A DNA stretch of 15,677 bases, from UHGV virus genome UHGV-1824706; one strand, written 5' to 3'. Below are positions 1 to 7,098 of this stretch, in pieces. The notes under the pieces were generated by a model. It was not told where the DNA came from. It saw only the letters and a program-made list of their open reading frames with translations, and ran no database searches. This DNA is from a virus. Every line of letters begins with the position of its first letter. Position 1 is the first letter of the stretch. Position numbers and translations under genes: made by a program.

Positions 1-83
1 GTTGTGCTGCCACAACGATAAGAGCACTCGGTGCATTTAAGCCAAGCCCCATAAGGGAGAATGCTCTTACCTGTTGCACAGAT

Positions 84-144
84 ATAAAAAATCCCGAAAC
101 CGTTGTGCAGGCTCTAACTATTACCTGCGAACTGTTTCGGGATT
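84..144 (-). terminator. tR'-like intrinsic terminator ending the PR' leader (6S) transcript
   Basis: Minus-strand arms AATCCCGAAAC / GTTTCGGGATT (plus 91-100 and 134-144) enclosing an inner hairpin GCAGG...CCTGC, followed by a U6 run (plus A-run 86-91). Confidence 0.65.
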
Positions 145-274
145 GCATTTTGCAGACCTCTCAGCCTGCGATGGTTGGAGTTCCAGACGATACATCGAAG
201 TGACCAACTAGGCGGAATCGGTAGTAAGCGCCGCCTCTTTTTATCTCACTACCACAACGAGCGAATTGACCCAT
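84..274 (-). ncRNA. 6S-like short PR' leader transcript (about 190 nt), lambda-like
   Basis: Minus-strand sequence starting ATGGGTCAATTCGCTCGTTGTGGTAGTGAGATAAAAAGAGGCGGCGC matches my recollection of the lambda 6S RNA 5' end; it ends at the tR' hairpin. Confidence 0.55.
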
Positions 275-313
275 TGTTTGGTCAAATTTACCCAACTTTA
301 TTCAAAAAGTCAA
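270..313 (-). promoter_or_regulatory. Late promoter PR' with overlapping qut (Q-utilisation) site
   Basis: Minus strand -35 TTGACT (plus 308-313), 17-nt spacer, -10 TAAATT (plus 285-290), directly downstream of the Q stop; start region ATGGG near plus 274. Confidence 0.6.
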
Positions 314-355
314 TATTATGCCGTTAATATGTTGCCATCCGTGGCAATCATGCTG

Positions 356-979
356 CTAACGTGTGACCGCATTCAAAATGTTGTCTGCGATTGACTCTTC
401 TTTGTGGCATTGCACCACCAGAGCGTCATACAGCGGCTTAACAGTGCGTGACCATGTGGGTTGGGTGAGGTTTGGGATTAGCATCGTCACAGCGCGATAT
501 GCAGCGCTTGCTGGCATCCTTGAATAGCCGACGCCTTTGCATCTTCCGCACTCTTTCTCGACAACTCTCCCCCACCGTTCTGTTTTGGCAATATCAACGG
601 CCCGGCCAGTACCGTGACAATCTCTGCATCTTGCACCCGGCGTCGCGGCACTACGGCAATAATCCGCATAAGCGAATGTTGCGAGAACTTGCAGTACCTT
701 TGCCTTAGTATTTCCTTCAAGCTTTGCCACACCACGGTATTTCCCCGATACCTTGTGTGCAAATTGCATCAGATAGTTGATAGCCTTTTGTTTGTCGTTC
801 TGGCTGAGTTCATGCTTACCGCAGAATGCAGCCATTCCGAATCCGGCTTGTGATTGCGCCATCCCCATAGCAGCCATCACATCAGTACCGGAAAGAGAGT
901 CAGAAGCCGTGGCCCGTGGTGAGTCGCTCATCATCGGGCTTTTTGGCGAATGAAATTTAGCTACGCTTTCGAGTCTCAT
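356..979 (-). CDS. Q: Late-gene antiterminator Q (207 aa); appears identical or near-identical to lambda Q as I recall it
   Basis: ORF track protein MRLESVAKFHSPKSP...CGRCKGVGYSRMPASAAY...NAVTR with Cys-rich zinc-binding region; sits immediately upstream of PR'/qut. Confidence 0.9.
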   Translation of the reverse strand: MRLESVAKFHSPKSPMMSDSPRATASDSLSGTDVMAAMGMAQSQAGFGMAAFCGKHELSQNDKQKAINYLMQFAHKVSGKYRGVAKLEGNTKAKVLQVLATFAYADYCRSAATPGARCRDCHGTGRAVDIAKTERWGRVVEKECGRCKGVGYSRMPASAAYRAVTMLIPNLTQPTWSRTVKPLYDALVVQCHKEESIADNILNAVTR

Positions 980-1164
980 CGTCTTCCCCTCTTGCCCTGT
1001 TTGACCATCAGGACGCCGTTAACTATTACATGACGCTCGCCTTTGCTGTCTCGGTTGTACTTGAGCACTGTTCCTCTTGCGCAGGAAAGCATCCTTGCCA
1101 CTTCAGTCTGATTGCCTCGTGTCTGGATAAGAAGCTCTGGTATCGTTTGAATTGTGGCGTTCAT
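976..1164 (-). CDS. ninH: NinH-like small DNA-binding protein (62 aa)
   Basis: Motif IPELLIQTRGNQTEVARMLSCARGTVLKY resembles the lambda NinH HTH region; ATGA start/stop overlap with Q and with rusA. Confidence 0.6.
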   Translation of the reverse strand: MNATIQTIPELLIQTRGNQTEVARMLSCARGTVLKYNRDSKGERHVIVNGVLMVKQGKRGRR

Positions 1165-1523
1165 GCGTTCTCCAGTTCAGTGATTTTTATTCCAAGCCGT
1201 CCGCCTGGTACTTTCACGCCACGAATTACGCGAATGTCATCGAATTGCTCGTCGTCTTCCGCAAATCCGGCGTGGATAAGGGAGTCGAGTAAACCCTTCA
1301 GGATGTTATCGAGGTCGCGGCGGCGGGAGTCTGGAACGTCTGCGATGACTTTGATGCGGAGTCTTGATTTGGTGAAAATGTCTAACTTGAGTTGACGGAT
1401 GATTTGCTGAACGTCTTTTCGGTATTTCTGGCCTTTATCGCTGATGTAGTATTGGCTTCCCCGTCTTCGCCAGTAGGTATTCACCGACGGCGGGTATGGA
1501 AGCGCAAACTGATATTCGTTCAT
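1161..1523 (-). CDS. rusA: RusA-type Holliday junction resolvase (120 aa)
   Basis: Conserved DxxRRDLDN and GGRL motifs; same length and architecture as DLP12 RusA; typical nin-region position. Confidence 0.85.
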   Translation of the reverse strand: MNEYQFALPYPPSVNTYWRRRGSQYYISDKGQKYRKDVQQIIRQLKLDIFTKSRLRIKVIADVPDSRRRDLDNILKGLLDSLIHAGFAEDDEQFDDIRVIRGVKVPGGRLGIKITELENA

Positions 1524-1810
1524 GGCTTAATCTTCCCCTCCTTCAGCAGTATCGCCTGCGTCCTGATCACGCCTTCGAGGTGGTAAAGTCTGGCGTCTTT
1601 GTTGTCGAGATTATGGGTGCGTCGGTCGATTTCATCGTGACACGCGCTACAAGCCCATGCGCCGATCAGGTCGTCAGGCTTCATTCCCGTTCCGCAAATT
1701 CCAGCCATCCGGTAATGTGCCAGAACTGTAGTTTCAGGGTTGCCATTGCATACGCCGTAAATACGTACCTGACATTCTCTGCCGCGCGCTTCTTTGCGTA
1801 GGTTAGCCAT
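1520..1810 (-). CDS. YbcO-like (DUF1364) putative nuclease (96 aa)
   Basis: ARGRECQVRIYGVCNGNPETTVLAH...CSACHDEIDRRTH motif pattern as in DLP12 YbcO; translationally coupled to rusA. Confidence 0.7.
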   Translation of the reverse strand: MANLRKEARGRECQVRIYGVCNGNPETTVLAHYRMAGICGTGMKPDDLIGAWACSACHDEIDRRTHNLDNKDARLYHLEGVIRTQAILLKEGKIKP

Positions 1811-2532
1811 TAAGCAGCCTCCCCTGTTACTTTCAGCATTCCGTTATCGAGCAGCTTTCTGGTCAGCCACTGCTGACCACGCCCGGTGATTTTTGTGGTG
1901 AACGATATCTGTATTCCGTGATTTGTGTTGACCGCTGTTTCTTTCACTGCGAAATAGCCGCGATCCATATATTCCTGCATTGGCACATTGCGCCGGGAAC
2001 CTGAAGCAATAAGGATTTTGTGATCGCGCATCCACGCAAACAGTTTGTTCGGACCAATACCAACAACCTTTGCAAAGTTTCCAATCAAAATTCCGCTGGC
2101 CTCGCCAACGCGATCGGCAAACTCAACTTTAGGTGCGGCAATTGCGAGCTGGTTTTCCAGTTGCATTTTCTGCTCAGCAAGATCAGCAGCAAGGCGCAAC
2201 GCTTCTGGTAGCGTTTTGGGGATATTAACCGCAGCTTCTTCAAGCTCTCGCCAACGGTCAACAAGACGAGCGGTGAATTCCGGCGACAACTGAGCGACGA
2301 CAATAATGCTGTCTCGCTTACCTTGTTCGCCCTCAAAAACGTAAGCCTCTACGCCACGAAGTAATCCTAAGTTATTGATTTTTTCGAAAACCACCATTGG
2401 GGGATTTCGGATCACACCTCGAGCCGCCAGTCGTTCAATAGATTGTTTCACCTTGTCATGACGACTTCCCACCAACTCAGCGATTTCAATGCTTGTCATT
2501 TTGATGGCATTGCCATTTATTAACTCATTCAT
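1810..2532 (-). CDS. Rha/Ant-type phage regulatory protein (antirepressor-like, Rha N-domain plus KilA-C-type C-domain), 240 aa
   Basis: N-terminus MTSIEIAELVGSRHDKVKQSIERL is typical of the Rha family; C-terminal region LFAWMRDHKILIASGSRRNVPMQEYMDRGYF is typical of antirepressor C-domains. Confidence 0.7.
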   Translation of the reverse strand: MNELINGNAIKMTSIEIAELVGSRHDKVKQSIERLAARGVIRNPPMVVFEKINNLGLLRGVEAYVFEGEQGKRDSIIVVAQLSPEFTARLVDRWRELEEAAVNIPKTLPEALRLAADLAEQKMQLENQLAIAAPKVEFADRVGEASGILIGNFAKVVGIGPNKLFAWMRDHKILIASGSRRNVPMQEYMDRGYFAVKETAVNTNHGIQISFTTKITGRGQQWLTRKLLDNGMLKVTGEAA

Positions 2533-2695
2533 CGTCTTCTTCCTCGTACATTGAGCTATTCGGATCGCTCATCAGTTCTGCGCAGCAATCGGAGCACACG
2601 TGAACTTCCAGCACATGCAGCTTCTGACCGCAGTTAGCGCACGTTAAAGCCCGCTCGACGCTTTCTTGTTCGTAACTTCGATTTGGGTCAATCAC
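2525..2695 (-). CDS. ninF: NinF-like small Cys-rich protein (56 aa, GTG start); not in the ORF track
   Basis: Hand translation [56 protein letters not shown]; SD GAGGAA upstream; GTGA overlap with the upstream gene and 8-nt overlap with the Rha start. Confidence 0.5.
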   Translation of the reverse strand: MIDPNRSYEQESVERALTCANCGQKLHVLEVHVCSDCCAELMSDPNSSMYEEEDDE

Positions 2696-2874
2696 CTTGT
2701 TTTCCTCGCGCGTTCTCTAAGCCACCGGATATCCCACAGGTGAGCCGTGTAGTTGAAGGTTTTTACGTCAGATTCTTTTGGGATTGGCTTGCGTTTATTT
2801 CTGGAGCGTTTCGTTGGAAGGTATTTGCAGTTTTCGCAGATGATGTCGGTGATACTTCGTCGCTGTCGTCTCAT
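2692..2874 (-). CDS. ninE: NinE-like small basic protein (60 aa) starting at an internal ATG of the 90-aa track ORF
   Basis: [29 protein letters not shown]...; its ATG overlaps the Dam stop (ATGA), indicating translational coupling. Confidence 0.5.
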   Translation of the reverse strand: MRRQRRSITDIICENCKYLPTKRSRNKRKPIPKESDVKTFNYTAHLWDIRWLRERARKTR

Positions 2875-3398
2875 GCCGCCCTCCTGACGCCCTGCCCGAT
2901 CGCCATCAATGCCGCTTTGGATACGGTAGTAAACATCCGTCGAGGACTGATGAACGGTCGCCAAATCAGCAGCATGGAACCTTTGCTGTTTCCCTTCTTC
3001 TCCAGCCCTGTCGATGGTTCGATAAAATTAATCCGTCCATCAGTGATGATGCGAACTTCGTCAATACTCTCCAGAGCCTTGCTGAACCATCCGACAGACA
3101 TATCCTCTGGCACAAGCATCACTACCGTCTGTCGCTGTTGTATGCACTGCTCAGCGGCTTTTTCCACCCACGGCCTGATATTGCTGTACGGTGGGTTATT
3201 CCAGATTGCACCGTGGCTTACCCACTCAGAATTGAGCGCGTCGTCGGCCTCAGTTAGCCAGTGAGCACACAGAGCATTTTTGTCGCTCGCTGCCGAATCC
3301 AGCCAGAATCCAAACTCAATATCCAGTGCATCAAAAAGCCAAAGCGGCGTTTGCCAGCAGTCCTTGTCGTGTGCTGGCGTATTTGACTTGATAGTCAT
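2871..3398 (-). CDS. Phage Dam-type DNA N6-adenine methyltransferase (175 aa, orphan MTase)
   Basis: NPPY catalytic motif (AIWNNPPYS) and N-terminal [16 protein letters not shown] region; true start taken at MTIKS, whose ATG overlaps the ninB stop (ATGA); the longer track ORF start is upstream. Confidence 0.8.
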   Translation of the reverse strand: MTIKSNTPAHDKDCWQTPLWLFDALDIEFGFWLDSAASDKNALCAHWLTEADDALNSEWVSHGAIWNNPPYSNIRPWVEKAAEQCIQQRQTVVMLVPEDMSVGWFSKALESIDEVRIITDGRINFIEPSTGLEKKGNSKGSMLLIWRPFISPRRMFTTVSKAALMAIGQGVRRAA

Positions 3399-3835
3399 GC
3401 AGCCCGATCTCCCCATCTCGCTTTCCACTCCAGAGCCAGTCTCGCTTCGTCTGACCACTTAACGCCACGCTCTGTACCGAATGCCTGTATAAGCTCTAAT
3501 AGCTCCGCAAATTCGCCTACACGCATCCTGCTGGTTGACTGGCCTATTACCACAAAGCCATTCCCGGCAAGGTTAGGAACAACATCCTGCTGCTTTAATG
3601 CTGCGGTAAACACACACTTCCAGCTTTCTGCATCCAGCCAGCGACCATGCCATTCAACCTGACGAGAGACGTCACCAAGGCAAGCCCAAAGCTTTCGATT
3701 CTGGTCTAAGCTGCGGTTGCGTTCCTGAATGGTTACTACGATTGGTTTGGTTGGGTCTGGAAGGATTTGCTGTACTGCGTGAATAGCGTTTTGCTGATGT
3801 GCTGGAGATCGAATTTCAAAGGTTAGCTTTTTCAT
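3395..3835 (-). CDS. ninB: NinB (Orf-family recombination mediator), 146 aa; appears lambda-identical from memory
   Basis: MKKLTFEIRSPAHQQNAIHAVQQILPDPTKPIVVTIQERNRSLDQNRKLW...; start set at MKKL rather than the upstream track start. Confidence 0.85.
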   Translation of the reverse strand: MKKLTFEIRSPAHQQNAIHAVQQILPDPTKPIVVTIQERNRSLDQNRKLWACLGDVSRQVEWHGRWLDAESWKCVFTAALKQQDVVPNLAGNGFVVIGQSTSRMRVGEFAELLELIQAFGTERGVKWSDEARLALEWKARWGDRAA

Positions 3836-3911
3836 GACTTCCCTCTCCCCCAAATAAAAAGGCCTGCGATTACCAGCAGGCCTGTTATTAGCTCAGTGAT
3901 GTAGATGGTCA

Positions 3912-5348
3912 TCAGAATCCTCCTTTCTTCTTGGATTGCGGTTCCTCGCGTTCACGGCGGCGCATTTCAGCAGACTGTTGGTCTGTGTCATAAATAGCGC
4001 CATTTGCCTGAATGCAATACACCGTGCCGGTATTGCCATGACGGTTGAGACGAAGGATTAGTTCGGTTTCACCAGGTGGAACACTGTCATCAAAAGCACC
4101 TTCCCGATGGATCCCCACCCAATAATCGCAATCCTGTTCAATCTGCCCTGTATCGCGCGAGTCACTTGGTAATGGGCGTTTATTGGTTCGGCTTTCCAAT
4201 GCGCGGTTAAGCTGTGTCAGAAGCACAACAACGCAATCAAGCTCTTTGGCAAGGTTCTTCAGTCCTTTGGTGATCATGCCGTATGCAAGGTCGTTGCGAT
4301 CGGCCTTTTCAGCGGTCATTAGCGTCAGGTAATCGACCAGAATCATGCCAACGCATCCTTTTTCTCGTTTGATTCGACGGCTTTCGCTGACGATTTGAGC
4401 CAGAGATAATCCCGGCGTGTCGTCGATGTAAAGCAGGTCGATTTCACTCAAGCGATTGGCTGTCTCGATCGCCCTGTTGAAGTCACCATCGTAATCACCC
4501 TGATAGCCGTCATCAGCGTCATTTGTCGCCGGAAGGTAAAAAATATTCGGGTTCACACCTGACTTCTGCCCTACCAGTTTTTCCAGTATCTGGTCACCTG
4601 GCATTTCAAGGCTGAACATCAGAGCGGGCTTTTTCTCATGCACTGCGCAGTTGATTGCCATCTGGCTGTATAGCGTCGTTTTCCCCATCTTAGGGCGAGC
4701 GCCAATGACAAACAGAGAGCCTTTCACCAGACCTTTCGGTGACAGCATCCTGTCCAGCGATGGGATCCCTGTGCTCATTCCTCGTTGTTCGCCTGACGGG
4801 TCAAATCGCTTCTCAAGGTCGCTAACCCAGTCTTCCATGACCTCACCAAATGAGCGAAGGCCGCGACGCGATCCGGTTTTTGCATGGTCTGTCAGTTGCG
4901 TGAAAATCGACTGAATAGCTTCGTACTTCTGCGTTGCAGTCATTCCGTTGCGGGAATAGAGCAATTCCGTCGCTTCAGTCATGCGGTTGATGGCGTAGCG
5001 TTCCATTGCGGTTTCGCGAACCTGCATTGCATAAGCAACGATGTTTGCTGCGCTTGGCGTGTTCTTTGCGATCTCAGCGATATAAGCAAAACCGCCAACA
5101 GACGCCGTTAACGATTTACGCTCCAGTTCATCGAAAAGCGTCAGGCCATCTACTGGCTTTTGCTCACGGTGCATTCTGGTTATTTCTTCGAAAAGGATTT
5201 TGTGTGGTCGGCTGTAAAATGAATCAGGCTTCAGCATCGCCAGAACTTTCTGGACGCGCTCACTGCTGTCATCATCCAGAAGCAATCCACCAATCACCGC
5301 CTGCTCTGCCTCGATGCTATTTGGCGGCGAATAAAAATTATCGGTCAT
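3912..5348 (-). CDS. DnaB-family replicative DNA helicase (P22 gene 12-like; functionally replaces lambda P)
   Basis: Walker A GARPKMGKTTL, DnaB N-terminal region AEQAVIGGLLLD, Walker B ILVDYLTLM; start chosen at MTDNF (ATG 5346-5348) with SD GAGGGTG. Confidence 0.85.
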   Translation of the reverse strand: MTDNFYSPPNSIEAEQAVIGGLLLDDDSSERVQKVLAMLKPDSFYSRPHKILFEEITRMHREQKPVDGLTLFDELERKSLTASVGGFAYIAEIAKNTPSAANIVAYAMQVRETAMERYAINRMTEATELLYSRNGMTATQKYEAIQSIFTQLTDHAKTGSRRGLRSFGEVMEDWVSDLEKRFDPSGEQRGMSTGIPSLDRMLSPKGLVKGSLFVIGARPKMGKTTLYSQMAINCAVHEKKPALMFSLEMPGDQILEKLVGQKSGVNPNIFYLPATNDADDGYQGDYDGDFNRAIETANRLSEIDLLYIDDTPGLSLAQIVSESRRIKREKGCVGMILVDYLTLMTAEKADRNDLAYGMITKGLKNLAKELDCVVVLLTQLNRALESRTNKRPLPSDSRDTGQIEQDCDYWVGIHREGAFDDSVPPGETELILRLNRHGNTGTVYCIQANGAIYDTDQQSAEMRRREREEPQSKKKGGF

Positions 5349-6228
5349 CGTGTTCACCCTCACGAACTTTCAGGTAGGTATTATCGTTAAGCAGGAAATC
5401 AAATCCCTTTTTGTGCCAGACGGTTCCGCGCTGATGGTTTGGGCGCTCTTCGAACATCCATCGGCAATTTTCGCCTACGTAGTTCAAATAATTTCTCCAG
5501 TCCTGCATCGTGAACCCATGCCCGTCAAGCTGGCGAGTTATCACTCCGGCTTTGCGCCAGAACGTTCGGATCTGGTTTTTACGCTTGTCATTCAGTGCGC
5601 GGATTTTTGGCGCTTCAGGAAGGATTTCGTGGTAAGCATCGACAACATCCTGACAGCTAACGGAAGGTTTTTTCTTGTCAGACTTTTTGTCTGCTGTGGC
5701 ACTCTCTAATACGTCAGTATTAGAGATATTATTTATATTATTGTTTATGGACAACCGTTGGACAACCGTTGGACAATCTCCGCTGAGAGCCGCGCCATTA
5801 CTGGTGTTTGCGTTGGACAACCGTTGGACAACCGTTGGACAATTTTTTGCCTGAAAATCGTCATATTTAACGATTGTAAACAGGCTAAATTTCTTCCCCA
5901 TCGAGCAAATATTAAGCATACCTTTCGACTCAAAAGTCCGTAATAAGCTCCGAACTTTGTTGTCGGGGATGAATGTTTCTCTGACCAGCGACGGGCGTCC
6001 AGTTATCATCTGACCGCGATCAACAGTTATCGGCCCGATATCCGTATTGACGACAGTAGATTCGTGATTTGCCTTGAGGATTAAGTGAAGCCAAAGATGT
6101 ACTGCCTGAGAGTCCTTATAGAGCCTGCTGTCCATAAACTGGCGGTGTATAGAGACATACCCCATACTGGATGCCTCCTGATGTTGTACAGGGTTATGCC
6201 TGTAATCAGCTAACTTAACGACGCCCAT
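5338..6228 (-). CDS. O-like replication initiator (replisome organiser) with internal origin; start either 6228 or internal ATG near 6165
   Basis: Gene immediately upstream of the helicase with an 11-nt overlap; contains iterons and a duplicated NCPTVVQRLS peptide; both candidate starts have AGGAG-type SDs. Confidence 0.7.
   Translation of the reverse strand: MGVVKLADYRHNPVQHQEASSMGYVSIHRQFMDSRLYKDSQAVHLWLHLILKANHESTVVNTDIGPITVDRGQMITGRPSLVRETFIPDNKVRSLLRTFESKGMLNICSMGKKFSLFTIVKYDDFQAKNCPTVVQRLSNANTSNGAALSGDCPTVVQRLSINNNINNISNTDVLESATADKKSDKKKPSVSCQDVVDAYHEILPEAPKIRALNDKRKNQIRTFWRKAGVITRQLDGHGFTMQDWRNYLNYVGENCRWMFEERPNHQRGTVWHKKGFDFLLNDNTYLKVREGEHDDR
5749..5842. repeat. Origin iterons: two identical 28-bp blocks GGACAACCGTTGGACAACCGTTGGACAA (11-bp unit x 2.5) at 5749-5776 and 5815-5842, flanked by AT-rich DNA
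   Basis: Direct repeats read from the sequence; 66-bp spacing keeps the reading frame; AT-rich stretch at 5706-5748 downstream in gene orientation, as in the lambda ori layout. Confidence 0.7.
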
Positions 6229-6376
6229 GCTTCACTCCTGCTTTGGCTAGTCTGTAAACACCAACAAGGCGCTCTGCGAACGCCCTGTTATTTGCTGCGG
6301 CTACCACTAATCCCTCAGGTGAATCAGGGTGTCGAATCTCTTCTTTTTCCTGGTATTTCTTACGACGTTTTGTCAT
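6215..6376 (-). CDS. Hypothetical small basic protein (53 aa) in the cII-O gap; not in the ORF track
   Basis: Hand translation MTKRRKKYQEKEEIRHPDSPEGLVVAAANNRAFAERLVGVYRLAKAGVKHGRR; SD AGGAG 5 nt upstream of the ATG; stop overlaps the O-like 6228 start. Confidence 0.3.
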   Translation of the reverse strand: MTKRRKKYQEKEEIRHPDSPEGLVVAAANNRAFAERLVGVYRLAKAGVKHGRR

Positions 6377-6410
6377 AATTACTCCTGTGGATTGATCCAG
6401 TCTTTCTACA

Positions 6411-6689
6411 TCAGGCCTCGAAGAATTCGCCGTTCTTCGGGGCTTTTTCTTTTGTCAGCATTCTGGCTACTTTCTTAGCCAGTTCCGCCAACTCCTCGTC
6501 TTCAACACCCCATTCAAGAACAGCCAGAAGCATTCCCATTTTTGGGATGAAGCTGTCTTTCCATCGCGAAATTTGCGATTCATTAATCCCTAACGCGTCG
6601 GCAACCTTTCGCTGACCACGTACAGCAATTCGATTCAGGATGTTGCTTGTAATTGCATTCGCTTTCTTGCGAGTACTTGTAAGTTGCAT
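6411..6689 (-). CDS. cII: CII-type transcriptional activator (92 aa)
   Basis: SQISRWKDSFIPKMGMLLAVLEWGV closely parallels the lambda CII HTH region; position between cro and O; lambda-like 5' UTR AAGGAAATACTTACATATG. Confidence 0.85.
   Translation of the reverse strand: MQLTSTRKKANAITSNILNRIAVRGQRKVADALGINESQISRWKDSFIPKMGMLLAVLEWGVEDEELAELAKKVARMLTKEKAPKNGEFFEA
6416..6453 (+). terminator. Plus-strand intrinsic terminator inside the cII 3' end (oop-like antisense RNA terminator)
   Basis: CCTCGAAGAA-uucgccg-UUCUUCGGGG stem-loop (one G.U pair) followed by CTTTTTCTTTT; orientation is antisense to cII/O. Confidence 0.5.
6667..6687 (+). promoter_or_regulatory. Candidate PRE-like CII-dependent promoter element
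   Basis: TTGC-gagtac-TTGT-aag-TTGC on the strand antisense to the cII start, resembling the lambda TTGC-N6-TTGC CII site at the equivalent position. Confidence 0.3.
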
Positions 6690-6722
6690 ATGTAAGTATT
6701 TCCTTAACTAATAAGAAGTTAT

Positions 6723-6791
6723 GCGCATCAACTTATGCGCGTTGTATTCCCGCATTTCGGCGGGAATGAGGACCATGACTGTTAAAGAGCG
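6723..6791 (-). promoter_or_regulatory. nutR: boxA (CGCTCTTTAAC, plus 6781-6791), boxB hairpin (plus 6746-6767) and a tR1-like hairpin (plus 6723-6740) between cro and cII
   Basis: Minus-strand RNA boxA CGCUCUUUAAC, then AUUCCCGC-CGAAAU-GCGGGAAU; downstream GCGCAU-aaguug-AUGCGC followed by a U-rich tract. Confidence 0.6.
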
Positions 6792-6797
6792 GTGTTA

Positions 6798-6992
6798 CTA
6801 TTTGTTTTTCTTGTTGCTTGGGAAAGGACGAACTTCCTCTCCAATCACACTGCCATCAGGCTTTACCGTAACCATAATGTTACGGCCTGCCAGAATGGCC
6901 TTGCTGATAGCGCACTGGATTACACCAAAGTCACTGGCTGCTTTAGCCTGTCCATGGATTTTGGCGTAATCGGCAAGTGTCATTCGAATCAT
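6798..6992 (-). CDS. cro: Cro-type repressor (about 65 aa)
   Basis: [39 protein letters not shown]...PFPSNKK parallels lambda Cro; start chosen at the ATG with SD GGAG (track ORF begins at an upstream GTG, 6998). Confidence 0.8.
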   Translation of the reverse strand: MIRMTLADYAKIHGQAKAASDFGVIQCAISKAILAGRNIMVTVKPDGSVIGEEVRPFPSNKKNK

Positions 6993-6999
6993 ATGCACT

Positions 7000-7098
7000 C
7001 TCCGTTATTAACCATGAACAAAGAATACTACAGGTATTCAAGGCAATCAATACTTAGGGTATTTTTAGTTTAAGTACCTTAGCTATTAGAATTAAGCT
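7000..7098. promoter_or_regulatory. OR region: divergent PR (toward cro) and PRM (toward cI) with 17-bp operators
   Basis: Operators GAATACTACAGGTATTC (7023-7039) and CAATACTTAGGGTATTT (7048-7064), centres 25 bp apart; PR -35 TTGATT and -10 TATTCT on the minus strand; PRM -10 TAGAAT (7087-7092) about 7 nt before the cI ATG. Confidence 0.6.

Noticed and set aside
472-853. Three track ORFs (472-708 +, 487-762 -, 614-853 +) inside or antisense to Q
   Set aside because: They lie wholly within the well-supported Q coding region in other frames, with no RBS and low-complexity content; most likely frame artefacts.
2692-2964. Full 90-aa minus-strand track ORF (TTG start) overlapping the 3' end of the Dam MTase
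   Set aside because: Only the distal 60 codons, starting at an ATG overlapping the Dam stop, look like a real gene (NinE-like); the upstream 30 codons overlap Dam in another frame.
2683-3264. 193-aa plus-strand ORF antisense to the Dam MTase and NinE/NinF-like genes
   Set aside because: Starts at a TTG, runs antisense to a coupled gene chain, and has no recognisable motif; antisense artefact of GC-rich coding DNA.
7071-7087. Third OR operator near the cI start (TAAGTACCTTAGCTATT)
   Set aside because: Poor symmetry (few matching positions to the AATAC/GTATT half-sites); cannot be supported from sequence alone.
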